Both the position numbers and the translations under genes were made by a program. A DNA stretch of 64,000 nucleotides, from the IMG/VR virus record IMGVR_UViG_3300031555_003522, positions 96,001 through 160,000 of that record, one strand, 5' to 3'. Origin of the DNA: a virus (Duplodnaviria; Caudoviricetes). Shown here piece by piece: positions 41,020-49,305 of this stretch (position 1 is its first letter; every line of letters starts with the position of its first letter). The notes beneath the pieces were generated by a model. The model had not been told where the DNA came from and searched no databases. It was given only the letters and a program-made list of their open reading frames with translations.

Positions 41020-43731
41020 ATGAAATTCACATCATTACACCTTACCAATTACATTGGTATATATAATGGTATGGGATTATATGATATCCATATAGATATG
41101 ACAAAATCCCAAAATAGAATAATGATTATACGAGGAGATAATGGTAGTGGAAAATCAACTCTTGCAAAAGCAATGAGTGTATTTCCAGATCCCAATGATT
41201 CCTTTATTCCAGGTATGCCCGCCAGAAAAGAAATAGTTCTTGCAGATGGCCCAACTTTTTATCGACTTCTTTTTATTCATGGAGTAAAAGCAAATGGAGA
41301 TAGAGAGGTAACAAAGGCATATATAACTAAGACATTTGGAAACACAGCCATTGAATTGAATGAGAATGGTAATGTTTCTTCATATAAAGATATCTTATAT
41401 TCCGAGCTTGGATTGGATGCTAATTTTGTTGCATTATCTCAATTGAGCAATGACGATAGAGGATTGGCGGATAAGAAGCCAGCAGAAAGAAAGAGATTTG
41501 TTAATTCTATAATATCTTCACTTGAGACCTATAATAGTATTTATAAGACATTAACAAAAAGATCTACTAATCTAAAATCTATGATTAGTTCCATTGCAGC
41601 AAAACTTGGAGTTCTTGGAGATCAGCAAACCGTAGATGCAAATTTACAATCCGTTGAAGACAGAATAAACACTCTTCAGGATCTAAAAGATAAAGCTGTT
41701 ACAGAGATGGCAAAAGACCAGTCTCTTATATCTATACTAGATCCAGATGGATCTATTCAATTGAATAATACAAAAATATCTACAGATCTTGCAATTGCTA
41801 AAAAAGATGTAGAGAAAATTCAAGCTAAAATTCTTGCTATTAGACAAGAGAATTCTATACCAGATGGAGATTCTCATAATTTAAGAAGAATAGTATCTGA
41901 TAAAAAGGGATCTCTTATGGTAGCTAATCAGCTTGCTAGAAACAAACTAGAGAATTTATTAAATAGACAAGAAAATGAAGCTAAACTCTTAGGAGATAAG
42001 ACGAGAAGATTGGAGTCTCTTAAGAGTGAATATGATTATGGTATACTTGTAGACAAAATAGCTATTTATACACAAGATATTGCAGATATAGAGAATACTC
42101 TAGGAGCAATAGGAATACGAGATATAATGTCTATAAGTAAAGCTGAATATATATTGGCTCTCGAAACCCTTAGAGACTTATCGGAATATATTCTGAGATT
42201 TAAAGCTTCTACTGATTTGAAAATAATAGAAAGCATTATTGATGAGTATATGCCTACTGGAAAAATACCGGCAAGACAAAGTTCAGATGAAGATGCCAAG
42301 ATAGTTGAAGAAAGCAAATTCAAGATGGTTTCTATAGAAAAAGATGTTGATCTTTTGGAATCTAGACTTGGATTATTAGATAAACTTCAACTAAGACCAG
42401 ATGACTGTACCGATGATTCTTGTCCATTTATTAAAGAAGCTCTAGAATTTTCTAGAACTAATCCTCATAATGAAATAGATAGACTTGATGCATTGGTTTA
42501 TTCGTGCCAAGCTTTAATAGACCACCATTCTAAAGAAATAATTAGAAAAGATGATTATAATAATGCAGTAAACACATTTGCTATTATAGTAAGAGAGATA
42601 GATAAGAACGGAGCTATACTATCTAAAATGCCTAATGGTGAAATGTTTGCAGATAAAAAGCTATTCTTTTCTAGATTATTATCTGGATATAGTTTCGAGT
42701 ATATGGCAGAAATATATAAATATATTGAGTATGCCAATCTATTTGATACCTATAGACAGACTAAGCCAGTTCTTGCCGAGTATCAAGCAGAGCTTAAGGT
42801 TTATGAAAGCAAATCTGAGATTATAGAATCACTAATGAGCGATATACAATCTATAAGTATTGTATTAGACGAAATAATGAGATCTATAGACCCGATAAAT
42901 AAAGAAATTAGTGATAGAGAATTAGAAATATTATCATTACAAGAACTTGAAGGTATATACGATACCATCATTTCTTATGAAGATAAAATGAAACCACTAA
43001 TTCAAAGTATTTCTGAGCTTGAAACTATGCTGAGCAACAATCAGAAAAAAATGATAGATATTACAGAAGCATTAACTAGAATTTCTTCTCATAGAGAATC
43101 TATAGGTAGGTATACATTTGATTTGTCTCCTCTTATGCGAGAAAGAGATAAACTTGTGCATACCTTACAGATGATGAAAGATTATGAGAAAGAACGCGAT
43201 GAGCTTCAGTCGACCTATGATTTTATAGAGACTATTAAATATTACTCATCACCGACTACTGGAATTCAGTTGGTTTTCATGGAACTTTATATGGGTAAAA
43301 TAATAGCTTTAGCTAATAAATTATTGAGCCTATTATTTGGAGGTCAGTTTGTTATACAGCCGTTTGTAATAAATGAGAGTGAATTTAGAATTCCTTGTTT
43401 AGGAAATGGATATATAAATGATGATATATCTTCTATGAGTAGTTCTCAGATTGGAATGATATCGATGATTTTAAGTTTTGCATTATTGTATCATTCTAGT
43501 ACTAAGTATAATATTATTAAACTTGATGAGATCGATGGACCGTTAGATCAAAATAATAGACTATTTTTCTCAGATGTATTAAATAATATTATGGATATTA
43601 TGGGCACAGAACAGTGTATTATGATATCTCATAACTCTGAGCTTCAAGTAGATAATGCTGATGTAATTCTATTAAAGCATGATATAAACAATACTGAATA
43701 TAGAAGAGGAAATATAATTTGGAGTTATTAA
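41020..43731 (+). CDS. sbcC: SbcC/Rad50 ATPase
   Basis: GDNGSGKST, coiled coils, CTDDSCPF hook, SMSSSQ, KLDEIDGPLD, ISH. Confidence 0.93.
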   Translation: MKFTSLHLTNYIGIYNGMGLYDIHIDMTKSQNRIMIIRGDNGSGKSTLAKAMSVFPDPNDSFIPGMPARKEIVLADGPTFYRLLFIHGVKANGDREVTKAYITKTFGNTAIELNENGNVSSYKDILYSELGLDANFVALSQLSNDDRGLADKKPAERKRFVNSIISSLETYNSIYKTLTKRSTNLKSMISSIAAKLGVLGDQQTVDANLQSVEDRINTLQDLKDKAVTEMAKDQSLISILDPDGSIQLNNTKISTDLAIAKKDVEKIQAKILAIRQENSIPDGDSHNLRRIVSDKKGSLMVANQLARNKLENLLNRQENEAKLLGDKTRRLESLKSEYDYGILVDKIAIYTQDIADIENTLGAIGIRDIMSISKAEYILALETLRDLSEYILRFKASTDLKIIESIIDEYMPTGKIPARQSSDEDAKIVEESKFKMVSIEKDVDLLESRLGLLDKLQLRPDDCTDDSCPFIKEALEFSRTNPHNEIDRLDALVYSCQALIDHHSKEIIRKDDYNNAVNTFAIIVREIDKNGAILSKMPNGEMFADKKLFFSRLLSGYSFEYMAEIYKYIEYANLFDTYRQTKPVLAEYQAELKVYESKSEIIESLMSDIQSISIVLDEIMRSIDPINKEISDRELEILSLQELEGIYDTIISYEDKMKPLIQSISELETMLSNNQKKMIDITEALTRISSHRESIGRYTFDLSPLMRERDKLVHTLQMMKDYEKERDELQSTYDFIETIKYYSSPTTGIQLVFMELYMGKIIALANKLLSLLFGGQFVIQPFVINESEFRIPCLGNGYINDDISSMSSSQIGMISMILSFALLYHSSTKYNIIKLDEIDGPLDQNNRLFFSDVLNNIMDIMGTEQCIMISHNSELQVDNADVILLKHDINNTEYRRGNIIWSY

Positions 43732-43803
43732 ATAATAGAGGAAGGAGATAATCCTTCCTCTATTATTTTTTTTAATATTTTACATAATCTGTAACATTAT
43801 TAT

Positions 43804-44120
43804 GAGGAGAAGCTGCGTCCGCCCATATAAAATAACGCCTTTGGAATTACCCCACCTCAGCATGTTTTGGCAGAGGTTGATTTCCATTTGAGTTTTACAC
43901 TCTAACGCCGTATTTTATACGCACCTTCTTCTGACATAGCGGCTCGGGTCCTATACGATATATTTGCCACTTTATATTATCGGTAGGATCGAGCATGTGC
44001 TGGTTTCTCAATTGTCCATATGGCGATCTCCTATGTATGTTACCTTCGTGATGCTTGCGGTAAAATAAAAGTGGCAAAAGTATCCCCCGGCGTAAATGGC
44101 GCCGGGGGATATTCTTTTTT
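43804..44120 (+). ncRNA. Candidate structured ncRNA D (~315 nt) with pseudoknot
   Basis: AACA-N6-TG at 43793; GC-rich; stems 43807-43818/43919-43930, 43826-43833/43911-43918, 43942-43953/43983-43994; loop TTTGCCACTTT (43963-73) pairs with AAAGTGGCAAA (44068-78); terminator 44081-44120. Confidence 0.8.
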
Positions 44121-45078
44121 AATATTCATTCATTATATTATTTCCGTCTAATACAAGAGGCCATACCTGATTGATATTTCTATTTCTTGCTATCTGAGTA
44201 TGAATATCAATTGTAGTATCCTCTAATAAGAAATTATCTGGTCTAGGATAATTAGGAATACTAGCACCAGTAGTCGTATCGATTACGTCAAAACAACGCT
44301 GACCAGTAGCCTGATTATATCTAACTACAGTCTGTACATTAGGATTAGATTCCATACGCATTCTAGCCTGTTCCGGACTCAGTCCATTAGGAGTAATTCC
44401 ATTATTGGCAACCATCTCTACACCAGAAACGCCAGCGGCAGGATTATTTACACCAAGAGTGATATCCTGAATACTAGGAGCAGGAGGTGTATAAACGCCA
44501 ACAGGAGTATTTACAAATGCAGAATAGATATCCATCATCTTCATATCATCATTAGCTTCACTCTTATCCATTTTGAGAGTCTTAAATCTATTAAGATTAA
44601 GATTATGGGCCTGAGTAATAGTGCTGTTAAGTTCTTTAATAGCAGAGATCTTGGTGGATAATAAAGCACTAGCAGATGCTGTTAAATTAGTAAGGTAAGT
44701 GTATTTACCTTTAATAGTTTTGCTAGCGCGAATCTCATCAATATCTCCTTTAATAGCTGCACTCATTTCGTCAGCCTGGACTATAGCACCGCGTAAAAGA
44801 TTATTGGTTTCAGAGTACGAAGTGTGATAGTTTGTCTCTGCTATATCTGCACCGGGTACAGGATTTATCATTCCATTTATACCCAATTGATCTTCAGGAA
44901 TAACTGTGACACTAGCTTTCTTCTTTTTCTTGGATTTGGGATCAGGATCTACTGGTAAAGATGATGCTTCTTCAGAAGTAAAGAAACTAAAATCAACACC
45001 AATACTATCATTATCATTATTGGCTTCCGGTATGCTTTGTGCAATCATACCACCAAATAAAGAAGAGATCTGTTCCAT
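44119..45078 (-). CDS. Hypothetical protein
   Basis: GGAGG RBS before ATG 45078; late-type promoter upstream. Confidence 0.85.
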   Translation of the reverse strand: MEQISSLFGGMIAQSIPEANNDNDSIGVDFSFFTSEEASSLPVDPDPKSKKKKKASVTVIPEDQLGINGMINPVPGADIAETNYHTSYSETNNLLRGAIVQADEMSAAIKGDIDEIRASKTIKGKYTYLTNLTASASALLSTKISAIKELNSTITQAHNLNLNRFKTLKMDKSEANDDMKMMDIYSAFVNTPVGVYTPPAPSIQDITLGVNNPAAGVSGVEMVANNGITPNGLSPEQARMRMESNPNVQTVVRYNQATGQRCFDVIDTTTGASIPNYPRPDNFLLEDTTIDIHTQIARNRNINQVWPLVLDGNNIMNEY

Positions 45079-45155
45079 TATATAAACCTCCATTATTTTT
45101 TTTTAATTATTAAGATGTTTAAGGTAATACTTTACGACATCACAAACATTATTTT

Positions 45156-45256
45156 AATCCTTAAAGGATTAGAAATCGCTCATAACGACTTTTTGATCTG
45201 CCCTGTGTATTTGAAAATATAGCCACGCTTCTGCCGGAGCGTGGCTATATTCTTTT
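45156..45256 (+). ncRNA. Candidate sRNA E (~100 nt), antisense to the translation start of gene 35852
   Basis: AACA-N6-TA at 45145; 5' hairpin 45155-45171; linker 45178-45214 complementary to 35826-35857; terminator 45216-45256. Confidence 0.78.
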
Positions 45257-45348
45257 ATCATGGACAATTGTATATTATAATAGTGCAAAAAACTATTTAT
45301 TAATATCCTAAACGTACGCAATTCTATCGAATTAGGAAGGTGACTCTA

Positions 45349-48300
45349 ATGATTAAAGGTAGAAATCCTGGAGACAATATAACATTGATGAATACAATGT
45401 TTGTTCAAGGGACTGATCCATCTGATGGTAAATTCCATCAAACGATGACATTGGTTTATAAAGATCTTGATAGTGGTCTTAAGCATGTAGAGGAGATCGA
45501 CGATCCTGATTATGAATATTTTATGATTCACCCAGATAAGAGGGTGGATTATAATAGATTATTTGTATCTAAAGACGATGTAGAACGTATTGTAGTTCCA
45601 TATGGATCTTTGGAAAAAGATATAGCTTTGAGGCTTGGATTTAAAGAATTCTATTACGATAATATTCGTACTGGTAATAAAGGTGAGAATAGAAAACTTC
45701 ATATCCATCCTGATCTATTTAATAGTGATATGAATATAGAGGATCACTATAAATTCAGATTTGACAAGATGTATAGAAATGAAACTTGCCCTATAACAAA
45801 AGCATTTTTTGATATTGAGGTTGATAGTATTAATATGATGGGAGACTTCCCAGAACCTGGTGAATGTCCTGTTAATGCTATAACTCTTATTTGCCAAGAT
45901 GTTCATCAAGTATATACATTCTTGTTGAGAACTAAATCCAATCCTCAGATTATTGAATTTGAAAAGCAAGTTAATGACGGCTCTATATTTCCAGAATTAA
46001 CTAATTTCGTTATAGAGGCCGTTGGTGGTCCTCAAGTAGCAGCATCATATGAGATTAATTTTAATTACAATTTCTTATTCTATGATGAAGAAGATGAGAT
46101 TAATCTTATTAAGGATTTATTTGTAGCCATTAATATTCATAAACCAGATTTTGCACTGGCATGGAATATGGGCTTCGACGTTCCGTATATTATTCAGAGA
46201 ATAATAAATCTTGGATATGATCCTTGTGACATAATGTGCCATCAGGATTTTAAACGCAAGATTGTAAAATATATGGTAGATGAGAGAATGAAAAATGAAT
46301 TGGCTGAACGAGGAGATTATGCGGCAATATCTTCTTATACTGTATATCTCGATCAGATGATCCAATTTGCGTCTCGACGTAAAGGACAAAGTAAGTTTTT
46401 ATCATTCTCATTGGATTACATCGGTGAGCATATTGCTGGTGTAAGAAAGCTTGACTATAAAGCTATAACCACGAATATTGCAGAGCTTCCTTATAAATCT
46501 TATAAGACCTTTGTATTCTATAATATAATCGACACCATAGTTCAGTATTGTATTGAGATGAAGACAAAGGATATAGATTATGTATTTGGTAAGGCTCTTT
46601 TAAATAATACAAGATATTCTAAAACCCATAGACAGACTGTTTATTTGACTAATAGAGCTGCTAAAGTTTTTGATGCACAGGGATTTATTATTGGTAATAA
46701 TGCTAATAAGTTTAATAGCAAACCGGATGAAAAATTCCCTGGAGCGTTTGTAGCAGATCCTGAAAAAGTTAATAATACTTCTCGAATGCAAATTTATGGG
46801 TTATTTATAAACTTATTTGACAATTGTGTGGATTTCGATTAAGCAATAGTCGCTTAATTCAGTAATGGATTAAGAAAACTCCCTTAATTGCTGGAAACTC
46901 TAGCAGAAGTGATATAATTGCTTCATCCATATATTATAAATATGGTGCTAGACAATCAGCAGCCAAGAAAAATTGTAAAGGAGACTTTTATCGTGAGAAG
47001 ATATGAGTTCGAAATCCCTATAGATATAATAGATCCATCTATTCTATTGAATGGGGAAAGATTTGAATATATAACAGAAGATATTGTTCCTGGGGTATAT
47101 CCATATTATATGGTATCGAATTGTGGCAGAGTATATCACAGGTATCTTCAATGTATAATGAAACAGGGTTTAGAAACGAGTGGTTATCTATTTATAACTT
47201 TAGCTACTTGTAATGGGCCAAAGATAATTCAAATGAATAGACTAGTCTTAATGACATTTGACCCTAATCCAAATTGCCATGAACTACAAGCAAACCATAA
47301 AGATGGTAATAAGCTTAACAATTATCTCTATAATTTAGAATGGGTAACAAGATCTGAAAATATTATTCATGCATATGAAACTAAACTTCATATACCAAAG
47401 AGCAGTATTTCAGAAGATCAAGCTATTCAAATAGTAGAATTACTAAAAACCAATCAATATCAGTGTAAAGAAATAGCTATTATGATGGGTATTAATGAAA
47501 ATATAGTAAATTCTATTAAGAAAAAAGAATCTTGGAAAAGATTAACTAGAGATTGCAATTTTGATGCTAGACAAGGAAAGTTATATACGGATAATGATGT
47601 TCGTATTTTATGCGAATATTTTCAAAATAATCCAAAATTAGAAGGTCTAGAATCTAAAGCTTATGTACTAGAAGCTTTGATATCTTGTGGATTTGATAAC
47701 CCACAAGATAAAGTAGATACGGCAAGAAAGATCTATTCTAAAAAACATTATACTAGAATTTCTAAAGATTACAATTTTTAAGGTTCAACGACTATCGAAA
47801 GGATAATATGAGAGAAATACTCATATGAATAACCGAGTAGAGTAGAGTTCTAGTGAACTCGAAATGGGGAGCGTCCTATAAACGGTAACAGAATATAGGA
47901 TGATGATATAGTCTAATCTATATGGTGACATATAGCAGCTTACAAGCGGTATAAGATTAACGACCTTATATGAATAAAAATGTTTGCTTCGCTATACCCA
48001 TCTTTGATCCGTCAGTTTAATATAGCAGCTAATACTATTATTGGTAAGCTGATGATTAATGACAAAGTTCATGACAAAGAAAATATTTCTGATATGGATA
48101 ACTGGACTAGAGCTGGTGCATTTATGGAAGATATTCAGTCTCAGCAGTGGCTAGAGTTTACTTCCAGATGGTTTGGACTGCCAGATTATACTGTTCTGTA
48201 TCATGAAGTAGAGAGATTCTTTACGCAGATTGCTAATGCGTATCTCGGTCTTAGGGTCTACGAAAGAGATGGAACTATAGAGCCTATCACATTTGATAAA

Positions 48301-48441
48301 GATGGTCTTATGTGTGAGCCTATTGTATTTGAAGATAACGAAAGAAGAGAGGTTATAGATACCTATATCCCTCAGAATCTAAATAAATGGATGGAGTGGA
48401 GAAATCATGCAATTATGTATCCGAACCAGCAATTTAAATAG
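45349..48441 (+). CDS. polB: Family B DNA polymerase, N-terminal (exonuclease + motif A) subunit; exons 45349-46839 and 47983-48441
   Basis: FFDIEVD (ExoI), AWNMGFD (ExoII), YNIID (ExoIII), FPGAFV; splicing restores DFD|FASLYPS; motifs B and C are absent. Confidence 0.92.
46840..47982 (+). mobile_element. Group I intron of polB with HNH gene
   Basis: P1 CGAU|UA..UAGUCG; P10 AAGCAA with exon UUGCUU; 3' end closely resembles T4 td (GATATAGTCT..ATGGTGACAT..TAAGATTAACGACCTTAT.TGAA..AATG). Confidence 0.95.
46993..47781 (+). CDS. Intron-encoded HNH homing endonuclease
   Basis: YMVSNCGRV, GYL, NRLVLMTF, ANHKDGNKLNNYLYNLEWVTRSEN; AAGGAG RBS before GTG 46993. Confidence 0.9.
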   Translation: MRRYEFEIPIDIIDPSILLNGERFEYITEDIVPGVYPYYMVSNCGRVYHRYLQCIMKQGLETSGYLFITLATCNGPKIIQMNRLVLMTFDPNPNCHELQANHKDGNKLNNYLYNLEWVTRSENIIHAYETKLHIPKSSISEDQAIQIVELLKTNQYQCKEIAIMMGINENIVNSIKKKESWKRLTRDCNFDARQGKLYTDNDVRILCEYFQNNPKLEGLESKAYVLEALISCGFDNPQDKVDTARKIYSKKHYTRISKDYNF

Positions 48442-49207
48442 TGGAATGATTCCTATAGCAGATTTCAAATATCTCTATGAATTAGCAAAATGCAGTAAAT
48501 GTCAAATGTTTATATTAAAGGATAATGTATTATATGGAGCAAGTGATGAATGTGCTTCTATTCATGAAATACCTGTTCCATATCAGACTAATACTGATTT
48601 AATGTTTAGAGTGGATATGGTACCCAAAGATATGCTAGATCAATATGATACATTCTTTATTCCATCTGATTTTGATTGGGTTATTTTGCCATCATATTAT
48701 TGGAATATGTATATCGCTGGTGATCTTGAAGCTCTATACTCTCCAGAAATTGATCAGTATGTGGTTCTAGATAAAACTACGAAAATGCCTATACAGCAGA
48801 TATTTATAAATAAATATAGATCTGTAGACGACTTTGCGAGAAAAAGAATGATAACCCAATTAGATGCATACTTTAATAGAACTAAAACATTATTACCGAG
48901 ATATGAATTTAGAGACATTCATACAAATCCAGCAATTCAATATATCTTTGAATCTAAAACTATAGCTGGAGAATCTTTAGTTCATCTATCCGATGGAAAT
49001 AAAAATGTAGCTTTCTATTTGTTCAAAGGAATGTTTACGTTAGGTAAATCTGATGTACTCCATGTAGATATAAGATTTGATGCATTCGATTCTAATCTAT
49101 TTGTAGCTAGTTTTAAACCGGTAAAAAAGAAGAATCCTATGACACTCAAAACATATGGAGTTCCATTCAGTGAACAAATACATTGTATGTATATAAATTT
49201 GGTATAA
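48407..49207 (+). CDS. Hypothetical protein coupled to polB
   Basis: 266-aa ORF overlapping the polB stop; start uncertain. Confidence 0.75.
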   Translation: MQLCIRTSNLNSGMIPIADFKYLYELAKCSKCQMFILKDNVLYGASDECASIHEIPVPYQTNTDLMFRVDMVPKDMLDQYDTFFIPSDFDWVILPSYYWNMYIAGDLEALYSPEIDQYVVLDKTTKMPIQQIFINKYRSVDDFARKRMITQLDAYFNRTKTLLPRYEFRDIHTNPAIQYIFESKTIAGESLVHLSDGNKNVAFYLFKGMFTLGKSDVLHVDIRFDAFDSNLFVASFKPVKKKNPMTLKTYGVPFSEQIHCMYINLV

Positions 49208-49305
49208 TAATTAAACCCTGGAGGCTTATACTCCAGGGTTTATTTTTTTTTTATACCATTATACCTTCAACATTTATATAAATTCAAGTTTTGAGGTGAC
49301 TGAAT

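Noticed and set aside
43895-44077. 60-aa minus ORF, and AGGAG-N8-ATG GAC AAT TGA on the minus strand
   Set aside because: Only a 3-codon frame follows the SD-like site; promoter and U-tract orientation point to a plus-strand RNA.
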